A DNA stretch of 47,760 nucleotides from NCBI RefSeq assembly GCF_024521635.1, contig NW_026250410.1:1240001-1287760 (forward strand), written 5' to 3'. Of the stretch, positions 24,469-36,672 are shown piece by piece; the stretch's first letter is position 1, and each line of letters begins with the position of its first letter. A program made the translations under genes and the position numbers. The notes under the pieces were generated by a model. That model worked only from the letters and a program-made list of their open reading frames with translations. It was not told where the DNA came from and made no database searches. This DNA is from Tricharina praecox. Taxonomy: Eukaryota.

Positions 24469-24863
24469 CCGCTTCTCTTATCTTATCTCGTCCATCTCTC
24501 GTGATCTCGTCCCCCATCTATCCTACATATCGCTCCTCTCATCCCTTCCCTCGTCAAAATATTTCAAGGCAACAGGGGGCGAGTGGGGGAAAGTGGAGGT
24601 ACTCCGAATTTGGTTACTAGCAAGTAACAGCCCATCAGCCGGCTGAAGAAGGTTGGCTTGTGGTGCGGGCATAGGTGGTGCGGCGGCGGCGAAGGCTCCC
24701 TTAGTCGGCCGCACAGTCGCTTCACCATACCACTTGACATCAGTCCGACATCATAACCTACACACAAGTTGCCTCCACCCACCTGTCTCTCCACCCCCCC
24801 GTGCCGTAGCTCGGGGCGCTGGAAACAATCAAAGGGATAGTGGTGGCGGACAACAGGTGGCCC

Positions 24864-24926
24864 CTGGCTTACTGATCCGTGTGCTGTCGACTGAATTCGG
24901 CGGTTAAGGTTGCAGAAAATCCATCA
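24864..24926 (+). repeat. ~65-bp direct repeat of the MITE insertion site (MITE-free paralogue of 23514-23551 + 24242-24269)
   Basis: CCGTGTGCTGTCGAC at 23527-23541 and 24877-24891; GGTTGC(G/A)GAAAATCCATCA at 24251-24269 and 24908-24926. Confidence 0.75.
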
Positions 24927-25321
24927 TGTGGAAGACAATTCCAATTCCATGCAATCGGTTCAGAAGCACGAGAACTAAACGCAGTTCATGTGCCACTCCC
25001 TTCTCTCCACCAGTACATATTGCCATGATCTATGGTAGATGGACTGTTAGAAAATCTTGGAAGACCCAACTAGCGTCGGAAATCGTATTTCGAAATTAAC
25101 TTCATAGTTCACACATGCAATCACTCGCTGCTTAGGGCAGTTCATTCCTATTATTGAGCTCGACCACTACATAAGACCATACATACCTGCTCAGATATAT
25201 GGAACACGTATATGAACGGAGAACGCTGAGAGGTGTGAGCGAAATGGAATTCAAAAGTAAGAAAAACGATACATTTTGTGATGGAGAGCGAACCAAGACG
25301 TCATTGACCGCTGCTCGTCAC

Positions 25322-26813
25322 CTAATCTCTGGCGAACCTTCCCGTCACCAGCCCCAGCAAGCATCCCACCATCAACAGACCCCAAACCGCGATAGTTGCG
25401 ACCCCCAAGACCTCATTCATAATCGTCAGGCCCCTAGGCCAATCAAACGCCCTCAAGAGCTCGTTGCTCGCCAAAAAGAATGCCACTGTTTTCGATCAGC
25501 CTAATTCTAGGTACGCGCCGGTCATAGACAGGGAAGATGACTTACCGTGAGCGAAAACGACAATGAAGCCCTCCAAGATCTCTCCGCCGGCGCGCATCTC
25601 GTTCAAACCACCGATACACGCACACGCGGCAATGACGAACCACCACAGCGCCAGTCCCCAAAAGACCAGGCCGAGTGTCACACCAACATAGTACAGCGCC
25701 ACGCCGCCGACGACCAATTCCGGGGCACCACCGGGAGCGGTGGATGGAGTAGGGAAGTGTCTGAGCGCCTGCTGCGCAAGTGCAGTCGAGGCCCATGCAC
25801 TAAGCGCTGCCGGGATTGACGTGAGGAAGAGTGATGGGCGCTCTCGTGGGTGTGGGAAACCGTCGTTGTGGAGACGTGCGATGACGGATGACTGGTATAA
25901 CAATGATACGAACACTCCCATCCCTTGAAGTGCGACACCGAAAGCCATAATGCCGAGTGCCGTTCGGTGTCGGCCGACAATGGGGAGGTGGGCCAGAACC
26001 GCAGCGGCGGTTGGGCCAGCAAGTAGGAGAGGAAGTGTGGTCCCAATTGAAGCAGCGGAGAGACTCTGTTATATATGAGCGAACAATTTAGAATTCAAAG
26101 AACGAAAAGGGAATCTTGCCATTGCAGGACGATTCTGAGCACCTTTTGCAAACCTGGAGTTATGAGTAACGAATTGCAGCACACAAGACCGGAAATACTC
26201 ACTGCACAAGCGGAGTGCCAATACCGAACACCAATGACAAGATGATGTAAATCCAGAAGAATGACCGCATAGCGTGACCATTGTAGCCGTGCATCTTCTC
26301 GGAATATGTGGCACCATTGAGAATCAAGATACCCAGGGCTGCGGGAAGCGTGGAAACGTGCAAGCCTTCGACCGGATGGCAGATGCTATTCGGGAGGAGG
26401 GATGGCCGGACGATGAAACGTGCAGCATGCACCAAAAGGGTAATTAGGAAGAGAATCAACGAAATAACGTAGACTATGGCACCTGGGAATTGTCAATATT
26501 TTCTGTCCGTTACAATTGGTTCGGAGGCCTACCCAGAACCCACAGCCGGTGCACTCGGTAGGGGAGATTGAAAATGAGCAAAGACACACCACCGGAAGCG
26601 ATGATCACATTGTACCAACTGTCCGTCTTAGCAATGCACCAAACAAGAGTTGTGATGATAGTCATACGCCCATGTCATTTTATTCTCCAGAACATGTCGC
26701 CAGAGAGGGAGATCCCCACGTTCTCGGTTGTATCTGGTCCCCGCTGTTGTTCCCAACAATGGCGTTCGATCGCTACGATCGTTAGCATCGATGCGTGGTT
26801 CGAGTCGAGACAT
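25322..26813 (-). CDS. TDT/SLAC1-family (Mae1/Ssu1-like) voltage-dependent anion channel / C4-dicarboxylate transporter, divergent (~409 aa, 6 exons)
   Basis: Exons 26813-26668, 26618-26533, 26482-26203, 26153-26120, 26065-25546, 25485-25322; intron 4 (26119-26066) is GC-AG. Motifs MTWAWYNVIIASGGVSLLI, ARFIVRP..S..HPVEGL, LQGMG, RLHNDGFP..ERPSLFL, FWGLALWWF; about ten hydrophobic segments. Confidence 0.8.
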
Positions 26814-27150
26814 GTCTGTTGCAGTGCTTAGGAAAGAAGATGATTCCTCAGTCGCAGACGGCCGGGGAGGCCTTTTTGTTTGGTTGTGTTGTGGCCATGA
26901 CGACACAGTTGTGTGACCCACACGATGTGTCGATGACGCACCACACGTCACAGTGGATGGGCTGCCGAGTCAAAGCGTCTCGAAGCGTCAGCGTGAGATC
27001 ACCCTGCGACAATATTCCATCGCGTTTGGACGATCGGTTGGTGGGTGCGTGGCCGGCCGAGCATCTCAGCGCTGAGTCGGATTCCGTGCGCTGGACGTCA
27101 TGACTTGGGTGTTGACATCAAAGACCTCCGATTTCGCCGCTTGAGATCCG

Positions 27151-27159
27151 TATATATAT
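27151..27159 (+). promoter_or_regulatory. TATA-like element upstream of the small hydrophilic protein gene
   Basis: TATATATAT ~105 nt before ATG 27263, followed by a CT-rich stretch. Confidence 0.5.
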
Positions 27160-27262
27160 GTACCCAAGTATTCGCTATCGATTTCTCTCCTTCCTTGTCT
27201 CATCACCAAACCTTACACACAACCAATCCACACAAATTCCCATCGCATTAACAATCTTCAAA

Positions 27263-27640
27263 ATGCAAGACTCCGCCTACACCAAGTCTTCTCGCCTCAA
27301 TCGGTCTCGCGACGCTACCGGCGAAACGGAAGCCCCGTCAGCTACCTCCATGAGTAGCGGACAGGCCAGCGGCATTACCGGACAGTCTGGTGGTCTTACT
27401 GGCGTTCGCGGCGATGAGCGCGCTGCGAGCGGTATCGACACATTGCGCGGCATGGGTACGACCGGTTCTTCGAAGGGCAGCATGGATCCGGCTGTCGGTG
27501 ATACGAGCTTCAAGAGCCACGCGAAGCCCGGCGGCAGCATCCTTCCCGAGATCATCCAGAAGGCGGTCCCCGAGAAGATCGAGAGGATGGTCCCCAATGC
27601 CATCCACGATACCGGAGACAAGAAGGTGTTTGAGAAGTAA
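27263..27640 (+). CDS. Small Gly/Ser/Thr-rich hydrophilic hypothetical protein (125 aa, single exon)
   Basis: Strong Kozak context TTCAAAATG and biased codon usage. C-terminal SILPEIIQKAVPEKIERMVPNAIHDTG resembles a motif I recall from uncharacterised small fungal proteins. Confidence 0.7.
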   Translation: MQDSAYTKSSRLNRSRDATGETEAPSATSMSSGQASGITGQSGGLTGVRGDERAASGIDTLRGMGTTGSSKGSMDPAVGDTSFKSHAKPGGSILPEIIQKAVPEKIERMVPNAIHDTGDKKVFEK

Positions 27641-28074
27641 CCTGCTTGGTATCGGCCTTCGGTTGGATCGGGAAGAAGGACAATCGATGTAGATTTTGTT
27701 GGGAAACGTTTATGGTTTATGATAGAGGAAATGTACATAATAGTATCAGAAAATTAATGCTGGTTTTGACCGTTTGAGTGTGCAGACTCCAGAAGGTGCT
27801 TTCGCAGAGAAGACTCACGTTCTTCGAAGACATACCGAAGGTTTCATCCCGTCCTTTTGCCAGTGTTGGGGCTCAAAATCGCGCTTTGAGAATACAGCAT
27901 GCTGGTGTATAAGCGGCGGCGCCGTGTGTGGTGAGGGTGTCAAAGCATGTACCGTAAAGTGCGAGGCCTGACAGTAAACCGTCGCATGAATTGTAACGTC
28001 TTGGCTGTCATGGTACTGTGCGACACGTCACCCGCATGACTGCGGATATTGAGGTTGAGTGATTCTGCTGTTAT

Positions 28075-28500
28075 TTTTTGTTGAATCATCATTGCATTTG
28101 ACCTTAATAGATTATGGCAGATTACACAACCTTTTTCCACCCGACTATCCCGCACCATTGGCCACGAGCCCGATGCCGGTTCCGGATTTCTCTCCACCCA
28201 GCCCTCCCAACAAGTCAAACAGCACCGCGCATCCATCCTCGCTCAATCCTCCCGCTCAACCCTCCTCGCTCAACCATTGCCGCGCAGCTATACCCGCTCA
28301 ACTGTCGCCGCACAACCCCCCACCTCCGTCCCGGCGCAACCCCGTTCCCGGCGCATCCCAACAGAAAGAAAGACAGAAGGAAAGAAAGAAAGATAGAATC
28401 ATCCCCGCTCAATCCTCCCCGCGCAACCCCCCTCCCGACGCAACCCCCCTCCCGACGCATCCCAACAGAAAGAAGGAAGGAAAGAAAGAATGACAGAAAG
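28075..28500 (+). repeat. Direct copy of the 19545-19720 module followed by a ~95-bp tandem duplication with (GAAA)n tracts
   Basis: 28114 ATGGCAGATTACA matches 19587. GCTCAA(T/C)CCTCC repeats. CCG(G/A)CGCAACCCC..TCCCG(G/A)CGCATCCCAACAGAAAGAA occurs twice (~28331 and ~28435). Confidence 0.75.
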
Positions 28501-28896
28501 AAGGTATTCGGTACTAGTTAGTCCAGTTCTCATCCCGTCTAACCTCCTGTGAGCTCCACTAAGAGGGGTGCCGGGCTCACAGCTTCCCTGGCTTGAGCGA
28601 TTCTGCTTGAACAGCTGGGACTACAGCAAATGAGTTTCTGTAGTCAGATGGTGAGAGACCCGAGACGGGGATACTATCAACAGAGAAGTGTGATGAATTA
28701 CCTATCCGGGTGGTCTAGGTATGATCCATGATGTCTGATATGTTGAATAAGAGACGGACCGACAATACCGTACGAGTTGCTCTAATAAGACGAATTGAGT
28801 CTCCAACGTGATAGATATGGACAGTGCACGGCTAGTCACCGGACGCGGGAAGCCGCGGTCATCCAGCCCCGCTATCAGCCGCACTTAGCCAACCAG

Positions 28897-28959
28897 CCAC
28901 CACCACCACCACCACCACCACCACCACCACCACCAGCCACCACCAGCCACCACCAGCCA
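28897..28959 (+). repeat. (CCA)13 microsatellite followed by GCCACCACCA units
   Basis: Direct reading. Confidence 0.95.
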
Positions 28960-30446
28960 TGCTCGGTAAATAATTATCGTCCCGAATTACGCTTTACGTG
29001 ACAGGTACGCGGCATGACATGACTGTCATATTATTACGGTCGACATCCCCAGTGCGTGCGACCAGGAGAGATGACCGTACTACGAAGAATGTTCTCATTC
29101 GCTATCCCACTGGTTATGATCACCCGCACCCTTGTTCTCACGTGAGGAGTGACAGGAACTGCTTTTCCAGCCATACCCCAGATCCGTACGAAACCATCTG
29201 CCAGGTGGGGGTTCGTGTCGGCTCCCGGAAATCTCCGGTAGCTTTCGCCCGACAGGGTCCCTGGATAGTAAAGAACGCACCCCAACTCCGGAAGACATCC
29301 CTCGAATAGCGAGCAAGATGGTTATGTGTTCCCCGAACTCTGCTTGCTATCGGATGACTCTAGTGTACATAACCGTCCAACGGCGACACCGCATCGATCG
29401 CGAATATTTCTCCGCGGCGTATCAAACGTCTGCAAGTTACTCTATGCGGCCGAAACACAACGTTGTCGTTTTCTTAAATACCCGCTGTCGCAGCCTATCA
29501 GCATAATAGAAGGTAGCAAGTAGGAAGCAGCACCAACCGATAGACACCTTCGGACCATCTACTAGTTATGCATATATATTCTGGATTCACACACGGCATA
29601 CTGGCTCCTTCGCATGGTCATCTAATTGGGTTTGCGGAGGGGATAAAAATAGCATTCCAGTTGCAAACTTGCGATGGACCGGTGGCGGTACGGAATGATC
29701 GTGAGTTCTTAGAGGCATGCAGGCACTTGAGATGATGACGCTTCTCCGACGAGTCCTTGGTTGTGCGAGAGGGGGATTCCAGGATTGTGCGTAACACGAT
29801 TATTGGCACGCCTTGGCCTACCTAGTAAGTAGATTTGCGCAGTTTTGAGCCCAGGCTTTGGCATAATGCGCCTACTAAGCACTCGGGCGGCGAAGCACTA
29901 CTATATTATCCAGATATGTCAGTGTGAGTATTGCCTTACAGCTACCTACATAGTACTGTACATGTATCTCCCACCTGGCACCCCCGGCCAGTAGATTAGG
30001 CCATCGCCATTCAAGCATAGGGTACGGTATGCAGAGGGTCTTCTTCACACGTTACAACGTTCCGGCTCATCCATCATCAATGCGTCCAAGCATCTGGGTC
30101 GGCCGTCCAACCAACGCATTGGTATGTCCGTCATGCATGCACATGTAGCGTGGTACAGGCTTTGGTGGCAGGTGCAGATACGAAGGATCTACCACTAGTC
30201 AGGCAACAGGATTTTCGTCAGGGATGGAAATGAAGTTTACTTGGATGTCGACGTGCATCGGCCGCAAAACGTTCAGCAGCTGGAAAGAACATGCGGACGG
30301 AGATCCGGTAGGTAGTCTATCTATAGACACCGTGAATTCGGAGTCTAATAAGGCTTTCTACGCCGCACCGAGTCTCCATTGCGGGACTCGCCGAATACAT
30401 AAATCATCTTGTAACTGGAGAATCAAAAGCTACTGTCCGCGTTAAG

Positions 30447-33400
30447 ATGCTACATAAAGGTGATTGCATCATGCCGACACCTGTAGCTACGGACGAAGTC
30501 GGCGAACAATGTACATACGGCCCTGGGTGCGATTCGGGAGCTCCGCTAATGTCTCGAACAGCGACCCTCGGCGAAAGTAACCATGAAGGTTCCTGGAGAC
30601 GGGCGACCCTCGAAACACCATTTCACATCTTCACGATCGCCCTCTGTTTCTTCTTCGTCGCCGTGATCGAAGTATTGCTGCAGCTGTCGAAGCGAAACGG
30701 AGCACTGCTCTTCCCCGACCCCAAAACCGACGAACTTCCCACATATGCGGTGTTTTGTTTCGAGTACCTACCTATAATCATTGCCGTTATGCACAATGTC
30801 CTTTGGATGACGGTGGACCACGATATCAAAAGAATCGAGCCTTTTTTCCAGCTGTCAAAGCCTGGCGGCGCGGAAGCCAAAGACTCCCTCTTGCTGCACT
30901 ACCCCTACCAATTCGCCCCATTCGTGCCGCTCACGGCGTTCCGAAAACGAAATTGGACGGTTTTCTGCTCCAGCACGGTGGCGCTTCTGACCGCCTACGC
31001 GGCAACTCCGCTGATGAGTGCCATCCTGACGAAGGAAACGATCGAGCGGTCGATAGACTTCGATGTCATGAGCAATGCCATACTACCAGTGAGCCAGCAA
31101 GCGCAAAGCGTGAGCGCGTTGTTCTCATATCTGGTGTATGGTTACAAACTGTTGGGGGATCCGATGCCAGCTTTCTCCACCGAAAACTTCGGGGTCTTGC
31201 CTTTTGCTCCAGCCATCGATCTACCGGTGAGTGTTTCGTGGAGAGTATGGGAGCGGGAAGAAGTTGCTAAACCCTTGATATCACAGATATCGCGCGGAGA
31301 ATGGGTGGTGAATACGACACTTTACGAGGCTGACCTGGATTGCGTGGAGGCTGTTGAAAAGCGAACCGGAGGTAGGGGTAGTCAGCTGACTCTCAGCAAT
31401 GGCCGCGACTGCGAGTTCACATTTCTGGACTACGACAACCTCGATCAGGACGATCTCTTGGATATCCGGAACGAGAGATTTTTCACCGAATTTCCGTACA
31501 TGGCGGTACTCATGAATTACGACACTATGAACCAAGCAATTCGCGAGAGATCACTCGGACCGACGCCGTTCACCTTGACAAGCAAGCAGGCTAACTGCTC
31601 GAATCCTCACCAAATCTTTGCATTGTGGAATCGCTCGGATGGCATGACCGTCGACGGGCTCGATTGTGGAGCGGAGGCTGACGGGTCTAGTTGCACCCAC
31701 GAAGGAGCCGACCGGGGAACTACTCCGGAGAACTTTGCCGCTGTGTTCTGTGAGCCAAAGTATTTCGAGCAATCCGTGCAAGTAACGGTGGATGCGGTGA
31801 CCGGGCGAGTGAACGAAGCACTGAGACTAGGATCGAAACGGCCGTTCGACGCAGGAGTTGATAGCGCTTTCTTTGAGAGTTTTGCGACATACGGGAAGCT
31901 TGCTGCTTCGACGCCGGCATTGAACGTTGCTCGAGACTATGCCCCCAATGACAGAAATGTATTTGGCGCACCCGATGTCCGTGACAGGATGGCGAAATTT
32001 CCACAGTTCCAGATGGCCGGCACCTTCGACTCGTCTAAGTATGGACGCAACACCGGAATAGAAGCCTCCATCAACACGGGGCTTCTCTACTCACGGTCGA
32101 TGATGGGGATAGCCATTATCGACCAGCAAAGCCTGGATGATCTGTTGGACCCGAGGATATTGGCGCGAAAGCTGCAGGAGATGTACAGATTGTACTTCTC
32201 CTACGCAGTGACATCGGAGCTTTCGGCGCCGAATAAAACAATGCTCACGGCCCAATGGAAGTTCAAGACACAAGCCTACACCACCGATCCCTTGTGGGCG
32301 GGGCTCCTACAGGCGACATTCTCCGCAATGGCAGTGCTGGACATAATCCTCACCTGTCTTCTTTACAAGAGAAGGCTTAACCTTAACAGTGATCCCGGCT
32401 CGCTGGCAGCGCTTCTGTCCTCCATAACCAGCTCGCAAGCCTTGCTCTCGGACTTCCGTGGATCAGAATTTCTCCTGTTCAAGAAAACTGCTACGAAACT
32501 GGAGTCGGATGGAAGTCGCTACCACCTCCTCGCCACCAAGGAAGGCGGTCACCGCATCGATAAGAACGCGTCGGTGGATGGAGTCGAAACGAAGCTACAG
32601 CCGGTCATCCCAGCTCTGTACGATGAATCAGTCGCTATCAAGTCGGCGAGGCCCTGGGAGCTTTCACTCATCACCGGAGTGAGCATTATCGGGTGTTTAT
32701 TATCGCTAGTTGGTCTGTTTATTGCCCTTTTTGAGTCCGGGCAGAGATACAATGGTATGTCCTATAATTATCCCGAGAACCATCATGTGCATACCAAACC
32801 TTAATGCCGATCTTCTTTGACAGGCTTGCCTCGGCTCAGCGACAAAGTATTCCTGCGCAACATGGTGTTTTCGTATGCTCCAACAATAGTTTCGACACTC
32901 ATAGAAAACTTCCTCCTGGCGATAACCCGCTTCGTATGCTTGATCATGCCATATCATGAGATGCAGATGGGACCCACCCGCAGCAACCTGTCTCTCGCAA
33001 TTCATTACGAGAATCGACCGCCGCACTTTCTTCTGATCAACACCCTCAAGAAAGGACATTACCTCCTATCCAGTCTCATCGCAGCTGCTATCCTCGCCAA
33101 TATCCTCGCAGTCTCTTTGGGTGGCATGTTCTCGCCCACCACCAGAGAGTTCGTTCAGTCATCTGTTGCATACTCGGAAATATACCACCCGCAGATCAAC
33201 CCAAACCGCATCACGACTCTCCCGAAGATGGACACCATATTCTATGCCGCAATGCGTAACGCCTCGGACGAAGATCCAAAGGTTCCTTGGACGATGGCAG
33301 ACTACTATTTCCTCCCATTCCAGCCGAACAATGCATCTTCCGAATCATCACGAATCACGCTATCCCGAACGGCTGAGACCTGGGCATTCAAGGCCAAAAT

Positions 33401-34604
33401 TAGCTGCACAGCGCCGGAAAACTCGCAGCTCAACTTCACCGACCACGAAATGGATTCGGCTAATGATGTGTACCTGAGCCCTATAAAGGACACCTTCTTG
33501 CGCCCTGGTGGCAACTGCAGTGCTGCTCAACTTGCAAAGCATAGTCACGAGTCGATCGCCGCAGAGTCCATTCGCCTTTCACCCGATCCACTTCTTGGTT
33601 ACGTGATCACTAACATAGTCGATGCAGACGCCGGTGAAGTCCTGGGGAATTATACCAGGAGGGTTATTGCGGCGGGCGAGGTGTACCACGAAAAAGCGGT
33701 TCCTTTTCGGCACTGCGCTGGCACATTCGGTGCCGCTTGGGTTCGGTATGGGGTCAAAGAGGCTGTTTCGCCGGACCTCGATGTAACAGCTTTCGGGACC
33801 TTGGCACCGGAGGAAGCTGTATACCTCATCTGTCAAGCGGGGCTTACCGTCGCTAGACATTCCGTCACCGTAAACGACCAAGGATTCGTCCTGTCCCACA
33901 ACCAGACCGACCAAGATGTCGCCGAACTCGACCGTTTCATCGATGAAAGTGCGGTTCCTTACAATCACAGCACAGTTGACTACCTCGGCATGGCCTTCCA
34001 ACAGTTCATTCTCCCCACGGAACCCGCTTCCCCCCGCCTCGACCCGCGACCGCACAATTGGATCTCCTTTTTGATACAGCAGCGGTCGCCGGGCCTAAGT
34101 CTGGTAGCCAATGTCACAGCAACAGCGGATGTTTTCGAGAAAGTCTACGCAAGGCTATTTCCCATCTTCTTGAACACATACTCCGACTCGCTTTTCACGG
34201 CTGCGGATGACGCCTCACTCACCACCAGCGGCAGCGCTGCCGTCAAGGAAGACAGAATGATGATCTCCACTGCGATGATGATTCTCGGCGTTACAATCCT
34301 CGCCGTCTTCGTGCTGGTTATCGCAGTCACATACCTCGTCCGACCAGGTGCCTCGATGATTCACATACCGACAACCATCGCGGCCACAATAGCGCTTGTG
34401 TATGCGAGCAATGTCGGCGAGGATACCGCCTCAACGCACAGCGGGGACAAGGAGGGGAGTTTGACCGAGCATCCGAAACTCAGAGACGCTCAGATGTATG
34501 GATACGGCTGGTTTGTGGGCCGGGATGGTGAACATCACCTGGGCGTGGATAGGGAGCCGGTATACAGGACTGGTGCTCGGACGCTGAAGCGACGATGGCT
34601 GTAA
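30447..34604 (+). CDS. Large membrane protein with two DUF3433 domains (~1340 aa, 3 exons)
   Basis: Exons 30447-31226, 31287-32754, 32824-34604. Introns 31227-31286 (GTGAGT..GCTAA..CAG, in-frame) and 32755-32823. DUF3433 signature twice (YLP...DIKRIEPFFQLSKPGGAEAKDSLLLHY; YAPT...LIMPYHEMQ...SNLSLAIHY); DPGSLAA; YGYGWFVGRDG..HLGVD. The start could be ATG 30471 or 30549. Confidence 0.85.
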
Positions 34605-35210
34605 TTGAAGTGATAACCGTAGATGTTTGGCTGCCGTTTTGTGTTCTCGTTAATGTCCTGGTCACTTCAATACTGGCCTTAATCACCGTGTATATTATAT
34701 CTTTTTCTAGCCAGTCGAACTTAGCGGCGAGCTCACCAACCGGCGGCCGTCGCGAGAAATAGTGACAGATTACGTGGAGAATATTACGCTCAGTCCCGTC
34801 CGGTCTGGGTAAGTGAAGTGCCGCGTACTAGCCAGGTCCGTCGCGTCGCGAGTATTTCCCATCCCTGAGGATATCATTGGTATGCAGATATCGGAATCTG
34901 GTTCTCAGAGCTTGCATTTAGTAGATACTGTATTACATATGCGCGCTCAACCCATCGTTGCTGCCCTGTGAACGCGCGCGCCGTCTTGGTTGAGTTAATA
35001 GAACGCGCTTCAAGGCCTGCTCCATCACGCTCTAGAGCTATTTTAGGTTAAAGCAAGCCATGGGTCGGCAGTTTTTTCACTCCGAGTGAACGCGTCGCTG
35101 GCCATATGCTTATCACATCCGTGCGTATAGTGAAAACCAAAGTTTTTTTTGGTAGATAAAGGTACATTGAGGATATTGCGTTTGTGCAGAACTCCTCCCC
35201 GCCACTCCGA

Positions 35211-36415
35211 TTACGTCGCCACCGGCCATCCAGTGCTAAAGCTGAGCACGCTCCATCCGAAAGTCTTTTGACCATCAGCGTATCCGACATTCGTGTTGAC
35301 TTTACTCGATTGTCAGCAATCATCACTTCCTCTCACATTCGATCGAATCCAGCTTGGCCCAGGAGGGGGGGGGGGGGGGGGGGTGCAAACCGTAGTGGTA
35401 GTAAAGAACAGAGCCGAGGCTAGGATCGGTGTAGACACCCTGTCCACCGGGGCCGTAGAGCCATCCTTGACTTTGCAGGACGGTGGTTCCTCCTCCACTG
35501 GTGCATGAGCGTCCACTGGCGTCAACGTATGGTCCACCGACAGCGGTCGAACGGCAGACGTTGATGCGGTACTCTTCACCCTGAGCCGGACGGCTCGAGT
35601 CGTATCCACAGCACACTCCGGCGCTGAAGAAAAGGTAGTAGTAGCTACCCTGCGCGTAGACGAAGCCTCCCTCGACGGCATGGCTGCCGGTGCTGTTGTA
35701 GGCAACCTGGTAGGAGGTGGAGCCGGATCGCACCGAGGTGGGAGGGGTCGCCATAGCGACCTGGTAGAGATCGCCCCAGAAACTGCCAAAGGTCATGTAG
35801 TAACCATTCGAGGTGCTGACGAGGTTGCCGTCGATGGCATTGTAGGCACTGCCGGCCTGGGAGGCGATTCCAGTCGCACCGAGATCTTCCCAGCTGCCGT
35901 AGTCCATGGTGGTTGAACGAGCAACACCGATAGCGGAAACTTGGCTGCCGAACTACGCAGAGGGAAGCGGATTGTGTCAATAGCAGTCGATGGATCTAAT
36001 GGGCGGGGGAACACGTACAGTGCTGACGGAGTAGTACAGATAATAGTAGCCACTGATGGGGCCGGTGACATCGGGAGCCCACAGATCTACCATCGGCGGT
36101 CCAGTCAATGAGCCGTTCTCTGTGAGCAATAATCAAGCATTGGAACATACCGGATGAGCCCGAGATTCCGATCTTAGAACCGGCCGGGATAGCGGCACCC
36201 TTCAGTGTCCAAGGTCCCTGAAGGGAGGACGAGGTGGCAATGTTGATCTTGCCGCCGGTGCTGAAGCGGAAATAAGTACCATCACTGGTACGGCGTATGA
36301 TGGCGGGGTCATGGGAATATCCCTGGCAGGTGCCGGTACAGGTACCAGGAGTCACAGCGGCGACGAGGCTGCTGATAGAAAGGATTGTCGTGAGGACGAA
36401 GGAGAACAACTTCAT
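35211..36415 (-). CDS. Secreted GH43 endo-1,5-alpha-L-arabinanase (AbnA-like; ~327 aa, 4 exons)
   Basis: Exons 36415-36151, 36086-36019, 35952-35391, 35299-35211. Signal peptide; HDPAIIRR (catalytic base), DLWAPDV, YYSVSTFGSQ.SAIG, NAIDGN, FGSFWGD, AVEG (catalytic acid), [14 protein letters not shown]. Intron 3 carries a C19 run (G19 at 35365-35383 on +). Confidence 0.93.
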
Positions 36416-36672
36416 CGTGGCGATGGTTACTGGTTGTATGTATTAGTGACGGTGGGGAGAGGTAGTGACGGAACATTTAGTGGATATGACTACGGTCTTT
36501 ATATACTGAGGCAATACAGGCATTCAAGCGGACATCGGGTTTTTTTTGAGCGAGTGTAAATCGGCTTTTTTTCGTTACTTCCTTGATGGTCCGTTGTAGA
36601 CGGGTTCCTGGAAGCTATCGCCGGAAACTGGTGAGTCGGTACTTGCATAACGACAATTCGCCGCCGGTTGAG

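Noticed and set aside
28580..28627. Alu/7SL-like wording (reverse strand GCTGTAGTCCCAGCT...AGAATCGCTCAAGCCAGGGA)
   Set aside because: Short gapped resemblance only. No SRP helix-8 motif, Alu dimer or poly-A nearby, and the flanks are fungal; chance is likely.
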